DNA from: an uncultured Pseudomonadota bacterium
GTDB lineage: Bacteria > Pseudomonadota > Alphaproteobacteria > Rhizobiales > Xanthobacteraceae
Direction of reading: 5' to 3'
NCBI GenBank assembly: GCA_963773225.1
Contig: CAVZAO010000011.1
Location: forward strand, 17,416 to 81,415
Length of the DNA: 64,000 nt
The notes below the pieces were generated by a model. The model ran no database searches. It worked only from the letters and a program-made list of their open reading frames with translations, and was not told the origin of the DNA. Of the stretch, positions 1 to 10,002 are shown piece after piece. Numbering within the stretch: the first letter of the stretch is position 1; each line of letters starts with the position of its first letter. The translations under genes and the position numbers were made by a program.

Positions 1-110
1 GTGAAGGTCCCGCCCCCGGCCACGCGAAAGGCGACGTCCACCGCGCTGAGCGCGACGGCGGCGGCATCGGTGGCGGTCTCTTGGCTGGAGGTTTGGGCTG
101 AAGCGGCCAT
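1..110 (-). CDS. 5' fragment of a probable ABC-transporter ATP-binding protein (continues beyond window start)
   Basis: Minus-strand ATG at 108-110, then MAASAQTSSQETATDAAAVALSAVDVAFRVAGGGTF. This resembles the start of NitT/TauT-type ABC ATPases. Only 36 codons are visible, so the call is weak. Confidence 0.3.
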   Translation of the reverse strand, partial: MAASAQTSSQETATDAAAVALSAVDVAFRVAGGGTF

Positions 111-194
111 GGCGTGGGCAACCTAGCCGCTTGCCCGTAACTTGCAAGCGCCGCTACCCGTCAGCGCTCGTCTGCGCGAAACCAGGGCTGCGCG

Positions 195-307
195 CTACGG
201 TTCAAGCGCGCGCTTGAGTTCCTGCGCCCGGCTCTTGGTCATATCGAGCATGCAGGCGCCGGCTTCGATGCGAGCAATAGTGCCCTCACCGAGGTCGTAA
301 TAGAGAC
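195..307 (-). pseudogene. 3' fragment of a DUF1311/LprI-like gene, cut off from its 5' part by the IS at 308-1937
   Basis: Reads (L)YYDLGEGTIARIEAGACMLDMTKSRAQELKRALEP-stop. It joins in frame to ...WIQYRDANC (1942 upward) once the IS and one AGAC copy are removed. Confidence 0.8.
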
Positions 308-322
308 GATGCTGTCGAAAAA
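308..322. repeat. Left terminal inverted repeat of the IS
   Basis: GATGCTGTCGAAAAA, exact reverse complement of 1923-1937; preceded by AGAC. Confidence 0.9.
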
Positions 323-422
323 GCCCACGATTTGATCGTTGGCCACTCGATGCGCTTTGTGTTGGATTGGGTTTGACCTTTGATAGTTGTCTCGGCGTTG
401 ACGCAGACGCCCGCAATGACGT

Positions 423-1859
423 CTACGGAGCCGCGGCAGCCAGCGCACGTGTCCGTTTCGGCGGCGGCCCAAATGTCCGCAACGCGAGGGTCTTTAGGTT
501 CTGCACGATGGCGGCGAGATGGAACTCATCGCGCGCACCAGAGAGGCCTCGAAGCCGCATACGCTCAAAGCCATGGTGGATCTTCAGGTGCGCAAACCTC
601 ATCTCGACCCGCTTTCTTTCATCTCGTGATCTGGCAAACCCCTTTGTCTTCATCTGTCTCCGCGCGACATCGCGGGCGTCCTCGTGGAGATCGCGCGGGA
701 GCTTGCGCGCGGCGGCAGTAGTGCAGCACTTGGTTCTGAGTGGGCATATATCACAATCGTGCTTCGAAGCGCGGTAGAGCAACGTGCGCCCGTCGTGCAC
801 GGTGCCACTCGTGCGAAGCAATTTACCGTTTGGACAGACATAGGCTTCGCGCCTCCTGTCCCAGCGGAAGTCCGCGCGTGAGAAGATGCCGTCCTGCCGG
901 TCGCTCTTCTCCCACACTGGGATGTGCGGGATGATTTTCTTTTCTTTGACCAGCCAGCCAAGGAACCTGCCCGTCCCATAGGCCGTGTCGGCGGCAAGCC
1001 TCTTCGGCTTCAGACCGAAACGCTCCTCCGTTCGATCCAGCATGGTTTTGGTTGCGGCAACTTCATCGTAGGTGCGAGCCGGCGTCGCCTCGACATCTAC
1101 GATCACGGCATTCTTGATGTCGATGAGATAGTTCAGCCCATAGCCAAACTGCACACGCTTGTTGGCCTTGGCGGTCCAGGCCGATTGGGGGTCCGACGGC
1201 GAGATCACCTTGGGCGGCTGACGCTCGTAACGGCGCGGCCGTTTGCTTTCGGACCCAGCACCGTCATTTGCAATATCGACCTCGGCCGCCGCCTCCGTTT
1301 CGAGCTCCGCTAGATACTCAGTCACCGCCCGCTTCTGACGTTGCTTTTCGGTCCAATCGAGCTCATGGGGCGCCTTGCCGTGATAGCGGCTTGCGTTCGC
1401 CTCCATCACGCTGGCGTCAACGGCAAATCCTTCGCCCTTGACCAGTCCGGCGGCCATGCAGGCTGTCACAATACGTTCGAAGAGGTGGCGAAAGACGTCG
1501 CTCGCCCGGAACCGGTGGAGCCGGTTCTCCGAAAAGGTCGAGTGATGCGGGACCTTGTCATCGAGGTCGAGCCTACAAAACCAGCGATATGCCAGATGAA
1601 GCTCGACTTCCTGGGTCAGCCGGCGTTCTGACCGCAGGCCGTAGCAGTACCCGACAATCAACATCCGGATCATTAGCTCGGGATCGACCGATGGCCGGCC
1701 TATCTCGCTGTAATAGGGACCGAGCCGCTCATGCAAATCGGCGACTGCCGCCGTCACGAATACATTGATGCGCCTAAGCAGATGGCCCTTCGGAACACGA
1801 TCATCGAGTCGAAACTCATAAAACAGGCTCGCTTGATCGCCGCTGCGTCGACCCATCAT
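423..1859 (-). CDS. IS1182-family (IS5-like) DDE transposase
   Basis: 478 aa. N-terminal InsH-like region (GRPSVDPELMIRMLIVGYCYGLRSERRL, YRWFCRL) and C-terminal FAHLKIHHGFERMRLRGLSGARDEFHLAAIVQNLKTLA, typical of IS1182-type transposases. Confidence 0.93.
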   Translation of the reverse strand: MMGRRSGDQASLFYEFRLDDRVPKGHLLRRINVFVTAAVADLHERLGPYYSEIGRPSVDPELMIRMLIVGYCYGLRSERRLTQEVELHLAYRWFCRLDLDDKVPHHSTFSENRLHRFRASDVFRHLFERIVTACMAAGLVKGEGFAVDASVMEANASRYHGKAPHELDWTEKQRQKRAVTEYLAELETEAAAEVDIANDGAGSESKRPRRYERQPPKVISPSDPQSAWTAKANKRVQFGYGLNYLIDIKNAVIVDVEATPARTYDEVAATKTMLDRTEERFGLKPKRLAADTAYGTGRFLGWLVKEKKIIPHIPVWEKSDRQDGIFSRADFRWDRRREAYVCPNGKLLRTSGTVHDGRTLLYRASKHDCDICPLRTKCCTTAAARKLPRDLHEDARDVARRQMKTKGFARSRDERKRVEMRFAHLKIHHGFERMRLRGLSGARDEFHLAAIVQNLKTLALRTFGPPPKRTRALAAAAP

Positions 1860-1922
1860 GACCCGCCTCCGATCTCATCGCGTCGGAAAAACGGAATCAC
1901 TGTTCGTCGCTAATCTCAACCT

Positions 1923-1937
1923 TTTTTCGACAGCATC
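1923..1937. repeat. Right terminal inverted repeat of the IS
   Basis: TTTTTCGACAGCATC, followed by AGAC at 1938-1941. Confidence 0.9.
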
Positions 1938-2197
1938 AGACAGTTGGCGTCGCGGTATTGGATCCAGAGCCGCTGCGCCTTGCGCAATTGGTCGGCCTGC
2001 TTGGGTTGGGCCGCCTCAAGCGCCGCCCGGTAGGCGGCATTGAGCTCTTTGTCCCATGCCCCCGTCTTCGCCTTCAGGCAATCCACCATTTCATAGGTGC
2101 TGCCGTCGCAGCTCTTGTCGGGCGGTGCGGCTGCCGAGACAGAAACGGCCGCCCCGGTGAGGGCGGCCGCCGCGAACAGTATCAGCGCAGGGCGCAT
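1938..2197 (-). pseudogene. 5' part of the IS-interrupted DUF1311/LprI-like (lysozyme-inhibitor-like) lipoprotein/secreted protein gene
   Basis: Start at MRPALILFAAAALTGAAVSVSAAAP (signal peptide), 5 nt after the ilvC stop. Contains CDGSTYEMVDC...LNAAYR...QRLWIQYRDANC. The present reading frame runs into the IS and stops at 1916 (chimeric tail LMLSKKG). Confidence 0.8.
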
Positions 2198-2202
2198 GAT
2201 CG

Positions 2203-3231
<1,029 letters not shown>

Positions 3232-3284
3232 CTAACGTTCGACCATGGTCCGGCAAACCGGATCACGGTCTCACTTTGTTGTTT

Positions 3285-3333
3285 GAGCATGATCTTTTCC
3301 GAAAACCGGTTGCCACTCTTCGGGATCATGCTC
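3285..3333. repeat. 49-bp palindromic intergenic repeat (GAGCATGATC...GATCATGCTC type)
   Basis: GAGCATGATCTTTTCCGAAAACCGGTTGCCACTCTTCGGGATCATGCTC. The 10-bp arms are perfect inverted copies. Lies between the ilvC start and the LysE stop. Confidence 0.7.
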
Positions 3334-3418
3334 CAGCCCCGGACAATGTCGGCCATGCTTCTAGGACGCTCCGCGACCGCCGACAAGGCCCGGAATCCTT
3401 CAGTTTTGCCCTTCGGTT

Positions 3419-4021
3419 TCACCCCTCGAGCAGCATCGGCACGATGCTGGCCGCCAGAAGCAGCCCCATCGCGATATTGAACAGCCGGGCGCGGGCCGGA
3501 TCGCGCAGCAGGCGCCGGAGCGCCACGCCGAAACTCGCCCAGGTGGTCACCGAGCCGACCGTCACCAGTCCGAACACGACGACCATGACGGCGAGATCCC
3601 GGGTCTCATGGCCGGGCCTGAGATAGATGGCGATGGCGCTGATGGCGGCGACAAGGCCCTTGGGGTTGATCCACTGGAACGCAGCGGCCTGCCAGAAGGT
3701 AAAGGGCCGCGCCGGCCCGCTGCCCGCATCGCGAGCCTGGTGGGCGGTCGCGACCTTCCAGGCCAGCCAAAGCAGATAGGCGCTGCCGACGACCTTGATG
3801 ATGAGCTGCAACTGCGGCACCGCGACGAAGACGAGGCCGAGCCCGGTGCCGGAGGCCAGCACCAGGACCATGAAGCCGATCGTGACGCCGACCATATGCG
3901 GGATGGTGCGGCTAAAGCCGAAATTCACGCCGGAGGCCGCCAACATGATGTTGTTCGGCCCGGGCGTGAACCCCATCGCCAGCGCGAAGGTCACGAGCGG
4001 AATGAGAATGTTGGCGGGCAT
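3419..4021 (-). CDS. LysE/RhtB-family amino-acid exporter
   Basis: 200 aa, six hydrophobic segments. N-terminal FTPGPNNIMLAASG motif of LysE-type translocators. Confidence 0.88.
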   Translation of the reverse strand: MPANILIPLVTFALAMGFTPGPNNIMLAASGVNFGFSRTIPHMVGVTIGFMVLVLASGTGLGLVFVAVPQLQLIIKVVGSAYLLWLAWKVATAHQARDAGSGPARPFTFWQAAAFQWINPKGLVAAISAIAIYLRPGHETRDLAVMVVVFGLVTVGSVTTWASFGVALRRLLRDPARARLFNIAMGLLLAASIVPMLLEG

Positions 4022-4061
4022 TGCCGATTTCAGGGCCCCGGCGGCTGAACAGCCGGAACGC

Positions 4062-4622
4062 TCATCCCTCCCCTGGCCCGCGCCGGATCGCGGCGATGCC
4101 GGTACGCGCCACCTCGACCAAGCCGAGCGGCAGCATCAGATCGATGAATTGGTCGATCTTGTCGCTCTTGCCCGTGATCTCGAACACGAAGCTCTCGGTG
4201 GTGGCGTCGATGACGCGCGCGCGGAACGCATCCGCCAGCCGCAGCGCCTCGACCCGGTGCTCGCCTCTGCCCTTCACCTTGACCATGGCGAGCTCGCGTT
4301 CGAGCGAGTTGCCGGCAAGCGTCATGTCGATGACGTGATGGACGGGCACCAACCGGTCGAGCTGGTTCTTGATCTGCTCGATGACCATCGGCGTACCGGT
4401 CGTGACGATGGTAATAAGCGAGAGGTGCTGCTGGTGCTCGGTCTCCGACACCGTCAGCGACTCGATGTTGTAGCCCCGGCCGGAGAAGAGGCCGATGACC
4501 CGCGCCAGCACGCCCGGTTCGTTGTCGACCAGCACCGACAACGTATGGGTGACGATGCCTTCGTTGACCGACTTGGCCGGATAGTGCGACGTGCTCGAAG
4601 CCACGTTGGTATTTGCGTTCAC
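4062..4622 (-). CDS. ilvH: Acetolactate synthase small (regulatory) subunit
   Basis: 186 aa. ACT domain HTLSVLVDNEPGVLARVIGLFSGRGYNIESLTV. Directly downstream of the large subunit. Confidence 0.93.
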   Translation of the reverse strand: MNANTNVASSTSHYPAKSVNEGIVTHTLSVLVDNEPGVLARVIGLFSGRGYNIESLTVSETEHQQHLSLITIVTTGTPMVIEQIKNQLDRLVPVHHVIDMTLAGNSLERELAMVKVKGRGEHRVEALRLADAFRARVIDATTESFVFEITGKSDKIDQFIDLMLPLGLVEVARTGIAAIRRGPGEG

Positions 4623-4664
4623 GGTCTTGATCCTTGTTCGCTCTGACAGCGCGGGCGGCGACGC

Positions 4665-6425
4665 CTACACCAGCACCTTGCCTTCGGCGGTTATCGCTTC
4701 CTCGATGTCCTCGGCGGCGCCGCTGAGCAGCATCTCGTTGTGGGCGCGGCCCGACGGGATCATCGGGAAGCAGTTTTCCGTCGGGTCGACCACGCAGTCG
4801 AACAGCACCGGCCGATCGACGTCGATCATCTCTTTGATGGCGTGGTCGAGGTCACCCGGCTTTTCGCAGCGAATGCCGACCGCGTGCATGGCCTCGGCCA
4901 GCTTGACGAAGTCCGGCAGCGCCTCGGAATAGCTTTCGGAATAACGGCCACCGTGCAGCAGTTCCTGCCACTGACGCACCATGCCCATATAGCCGTTGTT
5001 GAGGATGAAGATCTTGATCGGCAGCCGGTACTGCACCGCTGTCGAAAGCTCCTGCATGGTCATCTGCACCGAGGCCTCGCCGGCGATGTCGATGACCAGC
5101 GACTTCGGGTGCGCGAGCTGCACGCCGACCGAGGCCGGCAGGCCATAGCCCATGGTGCCGAGGCCGCCCGAGGTCATCCAGCGGTTGGGCTCGTTGAAGC
5201 CGTAAAACTGCGCTGCCCACATCTGGTGCTGGCCGACCTCGGTCGTGATGAACGTATCGCGGTCCTTGGTTAGCTCGTAGAGGCGCTGGATCGCATACTG
5301 CGGCTTGATCAACTCGTTCGACTGGCGATAGGCGAGCGAATTGCGCGCGCGCCATTTGTCGATCTGCTTCCACCAGTCGCCGAGCGCCTTCTTGTCGACC
5401 TGCTTGGCCTGGGTGCGCCACAGCCGCACCATGTCTTCCAGCACGTGCGCGCAATCGCCGACGATCGGCAGGTCGACGTGCACGTTCTTGTTGATCGACG
5501 ACGGATCGATGTCGATGTGGATCTTGCGCGAGCCGGGCGAGAAGGCATCGAGCCGCCCGGTGATGCGGTCGTCGAAGCGCGCGCCGACGCACACCATGAC
5601 GTCGCAGCCGTGCATCGCCATGTTGGCTTCGAGCGTGCCGTGCATGCCGAGCATGCCGAGCCATTGCTTGTCGGCGGCCGGATAGGCGCCGAGCCCCATC
5701 AGCGTCGAGGTGATCGGGAAGCCGGTGACCTTGACCAGCTCACGCAAGAGGTCGCTGGCCGCCGTGCCGGAATTGATCACGCCGCCGCCGGTGTAGAAGA
5801 TCGGCCGCTTGGCGCCCGCCAGCATCTCGACCGCCTGGCGGATCTTGTCCATGTCGCCCTTGACCTTGGGCTTGTAGCCGGTGTGCGGATTGTCCTTCGG
5901 CTTGAAATAGGTGCCGGTGGCGAACTGGACGTCCTTCGGGATGTCGATGACCACCGGGCCGGGCCGGCCGCTGGCCGCGATATGGAACGCTTCATGCAGC
6001 ACGCGCGGCAGGTCGTCGACGCTCTTCACCAGGTAATTGTGCTTGGTGCACGGCCTGGTGATGCCGACGGTGTCGGCCTCCTGGAAGGCGTCGTTGCCGA
6101 TGAGATGGGTCGGCACCTGGCCGGTGATGCAGACCAGCGGGATCGAGTCCATGAGCGCGTCCGTGAGGCCCGTGACCGCGTTGGTGGCGCCGGGACCGGA
6201 GGTCACCAGCACGCAGCCGACCTTGCCGGTGGAGCGGGCATAGCCCTCCGCCGCGTGCACAGCGCCTTGTTCGTGGCGCACCAGGATGTGCTGCACGTCG
6301 TCCTGCGAAAACAATGCGTCGTAGATCGGCAGCACCGCGCCGCCCGGATAGCCGAACAGGTGTTTGACCCCTTGGTCGGCGAGCGCCTGGATCACCATCT
6401 CGGCGCCGCTCATTTCGCGTGTCAT
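4665..6425 (-). CDS. ilvI: Acetolactate synthase large subunit (biosynthetic, ThDP-dependent)
   Basis: Track ORF is 708 aa, but family homology starts at MTREMSGAEMVIQALADQGVKHLFGYPGG (ATG at 6425). ThDP motif GGLGTMGYGLPA...NNGYMGMVRQWQ. The upstream 122 codons overlap the leader/attenuator. Confidence 0.95.
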   Translation of the reverse strand: MTREMSGAEMVIQALADQGVKHLFGYPGGAVLPIYDALFSQDDVQHILVRHEQGAVHAAEGYARSTGKVGCVLVTSGPGATNAVTGLTDALMDSIPLVCITGQVPTHLIGNDAFQEADTVGITRPCTKHNYLVKSVDDLPRVLHEAFHIAASGRPGPVVIDIPKDVQFATGTYFKPKDNPHTGYKPKVKGDMDKIRQAVEMLAGAKRPIFYTGGGVINSGTAASDLLRELVKVTGFPITSTLMGLGAYPAADKQWLGMLGMHGTLEANMAMHGCDVMVCVGARFDDRITGRLDAFSPGSRKIHIDIDPSSINKNVHVDLPIVGDCAHVLEDMVRLWRTQAKQVDKKALGDWWKQIDKWRARNSLAYRQSNELIKPQYAIQRLYELTKDRDTFITTEVGQHQMWAAQFYGFNEPNRWMTSGGLGTMGYGLPASVGVQLAHPKSLVIDIAGEASVQMTMQELSTAVQYRLPIKIFILNNGYMGMVRQWQELLHGGRYSESYSEALPDFVKLAEAMHAVGIRCEKPGDLDHAIKEMIDVDRPVLFDCVVDPTENCFPMIPSGRAHNEMLLSGAAEDIEEAITAEGKVLV

Positions 6426-6488
6426 GGTCGTCGTCCTTGCCTTCAGTTCACTCTCGTTATCGCCCGCTCGTGTCGTTTCGATGCCGCC

Positions 6489-6508
6489 TGTCTTGTCTTG
6501 TCTTGTCG
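6489..6508. repeat. Pentanucleotide tandem repeat (TGTCT)x3 plus TGTCG in the ilvI 5' UTR
   Basis: tgtct tgtct tgtct tgtcg, read directly from the sequence. Confidence 0.9.
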
Positions 6509-6560
6509 CGCTTCCGGGCGGCCCACCGGTTCTCAACTTCGCCTGGAAGTGTTCAAGCCA

Positions 6561-6585
6561 ATAAAAAAGGCCCGTAAGAGGGCCT
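6561..6585 (-). terminator. Rho-independent terminator acting as the ilvIH attenuator
   Basis: Minus strand: AGGCCC-TCTTAC-GGGCCT followed by TTTTTTAT. Located between the leader peptide and ilvI, about 135 nt upstream of the ilvI ATG. Confidence 0.7.
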
Positions 6586-6616
6586 GTTCGGATGCTTCCC
6601 CTATGGCAATAGGCCC

Positions 6617-6676
6617 TCAAGGGCCGCCGGGAGGCGTCCGAACCCCTACTACGAGAATAATAATATTGCGCATCAT
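6617..6676 (-). CDS. ilvIH leader peptide (19 aa, MMRNIIILVVGVRTPPGGP)
   Basis: AGGAA Shine-Dalgarno, then ATG ATG CGC AAT ATT ATT ATT CTC GTA GTA GGG GTT ... TGA. Seven of eight consecutive codons (I5-V12) are Ile/Leu/Val. The stop codon sits inside a GGCCC-TTGA-GGGCC hairpin whose 3' arm can alternatively pair with the terminator 5' arm. Confidence 0.7.
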   Translation of the reverse strand: MMRNIIILVVGVRTPPGGP

Positions 6677-6882
6677 GGTTCCTGCCTGAACTTTCGTTGC
6701 GCGTTATAGGAAGGGGGCGCAAGCGGGTCAAGGACAAATTACGCCCATTCGGGCGCCGGGGCCAGCGGCAACGTTCGCGCCGGACGTTCACATTTGATTG
6801 TCTAGGTCCCGGCCGAGAGAGGCCGCCCCTTCAGAGCGGCCGCCCTTCGCCTCGGTGCACCTTCAGGGAACGGCGCCCAGCG

Positions 6883-8823
6883 CTATGCGGCCTCTTCCTC
6901 GACGTCCTCCGCAGCCGCCTCGCGCGTGGGCTGCGCGGTGCCAGCGCCCGCGCCGAGCTTGAAGTAGGAAACGCGCTGCGCCATGTCGCTCGACTGGTGC
7001 TCCAGCGTCTTGGCGGTCGCCGCATTTTCCTCGACGAGCGCCGAGTTCTGCTGCGTCACCTCGTCGAGCTGCGTCAGCGCTTGGTTCACCTGATCGATGC
7101 CCAGCGCCTGCTCGTTGGTGGTGCGCGCGATATCCCCCACGATTCCCGACACGTCGCGGATCTGCTCCACAATCCGCGTCAGCGCCTCCCCGGCCTGATT
7201 GACCAGCGCCACGCCGTCCTTCACCTGGCCCGAGCTGTTGGCGATCAGAGTCTTGATGTTCTTGGCCGCATCCGACGAGCGCTGCGCCAGACTGCGCACC
7301 TCGGTTGCCACCACCGCAAAACCGCGCCCGGCATCACCCGCGCGCGCGGCTTCCACCGCCGCATTGAGGGCCAGCAGGTTGGTCTGCCGCGCGATCTCGT
7401 CGATGACGCTGGTGATCTCCGAAATCTCGCCGGACGACGCTTCGATCTTCGACATGGCGTCGACGGTATTGCCGACTACCTTGGTGCTGTTGTCGGCGAC
7501 CGCCTGCATGCTGGAGGCGAACTCGTTGGCGCGTTGTGCGTTCTCCGCGTTCTTCTTGACGCTGGAGGCCATCTCCTGCAGCGAGGCTGCGGTCTCTTCC
7601 AGCCCCGCCGCCTGTTCCTCGGTGCGTTGCGAGAGGTCGGTGGTGGCAGCGGAGATCTCCACCGCCGCATTGGCCACGTCGTTGGTCGCGGCGATGATGC
7701 CGGCCACCGTGTCGGCCAGGCGGTCGACCGTGCTGTTGAAGTCCGCGACGAGCTGGTGATAGGCCTCCGGCACATCGTCATTCATGCGCACCGTGAGATC
7801 GCCGTCCGAAAGCCGCGCGAGGCCGTCGCCCAAGGCCCCGATGAGCCGGGCGAGTTGCTCGGCCCCCTGCGCTTGCTCGACAGCGGCCTGGCGCTCGGCC
7901 TCGAGCTGTTTCTGGCGCTCGGCGTCGGCCTGCGCCTTCAGCTCCGCGCTGCGCGCCTGCTCGGCTTGCACCTCTTGCTGCGAAGCCATCATCTTCTGGC
8001 GTTCTTCCTCGACCCGCGATTCCAGCAGGGCGACCTGTTCGGCGCGCTCGCGCTCCTTGTTGCGTTCGGCCTCGTCGAGGGAGGCACGGGTCTGGTCGAG
8101 CGACTTGAGCAGGCGGCCGAGTTCGTCACGGCGCTTGGTGGCGATGGGCTGCGAGAAGTCGCCGCTGGCGATCGTCTCCGACACCCTCATGGCGTTGCGG
8201 ATCGGGCGGCTGAACGATGCGGCCATCATGACCGCCGCACCCAGCCCCACCACGATCGCTGCGACCGCCAGGATGATCAAATTCCGCTTCGATTTGGCCG
8301 CCGTCGCATTCGCCGCCGCCTGGAAGTTGGCCCCGTACATGTTCGCGTTGCCCGCGATCATGTCGAGTTCATCGCTCAGGGTGTTTCCGTCGTCGATGAC
8401 CGTCTGCGCCTGCGGCTTCTTGCCATCGGCGCTCGGCTTCAAATAAGCCATTGCGGCGTTGTGCCATTCCTGCGCCATGGGCATGATCTGGTCGATGCCC
8501 TCATTGAAGCCTTGCGCCTTCGCCAGCCGCTTCTTGACCGTGTCCATGTTGTCGCCGAGTTCGGCCATGAACTGGTCGACGCTTTGGATATCTTCCGGCG
8601 CTCCGGGCTTGTTCAGCAGAATGGATTTGTCGACGCCGCGGCGGGCCTTTTCAAACCCCACTTGCGCCGCACGAGCGGCGCTGGCCGCGGCCATGGGGCC
8701 ATCATGCAGGCCGGAAACGAGCGCGCTCGTCGATGTAATGAGTTGGTAACCGTAGCCGGCGACGCCGGCGGCGAGCAGAACGACGATGCTGAAAGACAGA
8801 AGAAGCTTGATGCGAATCGACAT
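6883..8823 (-). CDS. Methyl-accepting chemotaxis protein
   Basis: Start trimmed to MSIRIKLLLSFSIVVLLAAG (TM1). Then a periplasmic domain, TM2, HAMP and a long E/Q/A/R coiled coil. Signalling hairpin EIARQTNLLALNAAVEAARAGDAGRGFAVVATEVRSLAQRS. Confidence 0.93.
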   Translation of the reverse strand: MSIRIKLLLSFSIVVLLAAGVAGYGYQLITSTSALVSGLHDGPMAAASAARAAQVGFEKARRGVDKSILLNKPGAPEDIQSVDQFMAELGDNMDTVKKRLAKAQGFNEGIDQIMPMAQEWHNAAMAYLKPSADGKKPQAQTVIDDGNTLSDELDMIAGNANMYGANFQAAANATAAKSKRNLIILAVAAIVVGLGAAVMMAASFSRPIRNAMRVSETIASGDFSQPIATKRRDELGRLLKSLDQTRASLDEAERNKERERAEQVALLESRVEEERQKMMASQQEVQAEQARSAELKAQADAERQKQLEAERQAAVEQAQGAEQLARLIGALGDGLARLSDGDLTVRMNDDVPEAYHQLVADFNSTVDRLADTVAGIIAATNDVANAAVEISAATTDLSQRTEEQAAGLEETAASLQEMASSVKKNAENAQRANEFASSMQAVADNSTKVVGNTVDAMSKIEASSGEISEITSVIDEIARQTNLLALNAAVEAARAGDAGRGFAVVATEVRSLAQRSSDAAKNIKTLIANSSGQVKDGVALVNQAGEALTRIVEQIRDVSGIVGDIARTTNEQALGIDQVNQALTQLDEVTQQNSALVEENAATAKTLEHQSSDMAQRVSYFKLGAGAGTAQPTREAAAEDVEEEAA

Positions 8824-9060
8824 GAGCGCTCTCGTTTTTGTATTCGAGGGCTCCCGCCGTCTTCTTCGTCCACGATGCTTTCGGTAGCGCCGCGGACGCG
8901 GACGGCCCCTCATCCCCCACGATCACAGCCAGTACCATGCAACCTTTTTAGAACAACTTAATCGGAGCCGATTTCACGCCCATTCATTTTGCGATAGCGC
9001 CCTACCATCGTCTCGGCCATTGGCCGATGGGGTGCGCGCGGGGCTAAAAGTGGGCTGCAT

Positions 9061-10002
9061 TCAGCCGACGGCCGCCATCATGGCGGCCAGCGCCGCCTCC
9101 GCGTCCATCCAGGGCCAGTCCTTCATCTGGTTGCGGAACCAGGTGAGCTGGCGCTTGGCGTAACGGCGGGTATCCATCACGCTGCCCGCGGCAGCCTCTT
9201 CCAGCGAGATTTCACCGCGCAGATGCCTTATGAGCCACGGCACGCCGTGCGCCTTCATCGCCGGCAGCGTCGGGTCGAGTTGGCGCGCGGCAAGCGCCCG
9301 CACCTCGTCCAACGCACCGGCCTCCAGCATGGCCGCAAAGCGCACCTCGATGCGGCGCACGAGTTCGGCGCGTTCGCAGGTGATGAAGACCTTCGTCGCG
9401 CGGGCGGGGTCGATGAGCGGCGGCGTCCCCTCGCGGTGCCAGTCGGCCAATGACCGACCGGTCGCCAGCACGACTTCGAGCGCGCGCGAAATACGGGCAC
9501 GGTCGTTCGGCATCAGCCGGTAGGCCGTCGCCGGATCGCGCGCGACCAGTTCTTCGTAGAGCGGGCGCACGCCTTCGCTCGCGAGCCGCCCGCGCACCGC
9601 CGCCCGGATGTCGGCCGGCACCGGCGGCACCGCCGCGAGACCCGTGGTCAGCGCCTTGAAATAGAGCCCGGTGCCGCCGACCAGGATCGGGGTGCGGCCC
9701 TCACGCGCGCAGTCGGCCAGCACCGCGGCCACGTCCTGGCACCAGCGTCCGACCGAATAGTTCTCCGCCGCGTCTTCATGACCGTAGAGCAGGTGTTGGG
9801 CGCGCGCCTCTTCCTCCGGCGTCGGTCGCGCCGTGATGATGTGCAAATCGCGGTAAACCTGCATGGAGTCGGCGTTGACGATGGTACCGCCGAGGCGCTC
9901 CGCGAGTTGCATCGCCAGCGCCGACTTGCCGCTCGCGGTGGGGCCTGCGATAAGCACCGCTCTTCCCCCATCGTGCGCCAAATGACCACTCTCCCCAACC
10001 AT
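9061..10002 (-). CDS. miaA: tRNA dimethylallyltransferase
   Basis: Track ORF (624 aa) is an upstream extension. Homology begins near [30 protein letters not shown] (P-loop), followed by [18 protein letters not shown]. Confidence 0.9.
   Translation of the reverse strand: MVGESGHLAHDGGRAVLIAGPTASGKSALAMQLAERLGGTIVNADSMQVYRDLHIITARPTPEEEARAQHLLYGHEDAAENYSVGRWCQDVAAVLADCAREGRTPILVGGTGLYFKALTTGLAAVPPVPADIRAAVRGRLASEGVRPLYEELVARDPATAYRLMPNDRARISRALEVVLATGRSLADWHREGTPPLIDPARATKVFITCERAELVRRIEVRFAAMLEAGALDEVRALAARQLDPTLPAMKAHGVPWLIRHLRGEISLEEAAAGSVMDTRRYAKRQLTWFRNQMKDWPWMDAEAALAAMMAAVG

Larger units (their letters stand above)
308..1937 (-). mobile_element. IS1182/IS5-superfamily insertion sequence, 1630 bp, apparently intact
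   Basis: Single 478-aa DDE transposase ORF. Perfect 15-bp terminal inverted repeats GATGCTGTCGAAAAA at 308-322 and, reverse-complemented, at 1923-1937. 4-bp direct target duplication AGAC at 304-307 and 1938-1941. Confidence 0.9.

Noticed and set aside
6426-6791. Upstream extensions of track ORFs. Examples: ilvI to 6791, miaA to 10935, degP to 12630, thyA to 16985, ligA to 61595, ycjF to 42016, GNAT ORF to 16674.
   Set aside because: Family homology starts at internal Met/Val codons with SD sequences. The extensions are Arg/Pro-rich, overlap regulatory elements, repeats or neighbouring genes, and in the ilvI case overlap the leader peptide.
6697-8961. 754-aa plus-strand ORF. Similar long ORFs: 61393-63879(-), 37554-39374(+), 56611-58365(-), 10957-12438(+), 2287-3480(+), 33531-34919(+), 5445-6689(+).
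   Set aside because: Each lies antisense to a gene with clear family motifs (MCP, RdhA-like, nirK/nirV, pepP, degP, ilvC, FAD oxidase, ilvI). Their translations are Arg/Gly/Ala/His-rich with no recognisable domains. These are classic high-GC shadow ORFs.
9982-10002. 21-nt head-to-head overlap of the miaA and serB coding starts.
   Set aside because: It depends entirely on start-codon choice. miaA could start a few codons later, nearer the P-loop. The observation is not robust enough to report as a feature.
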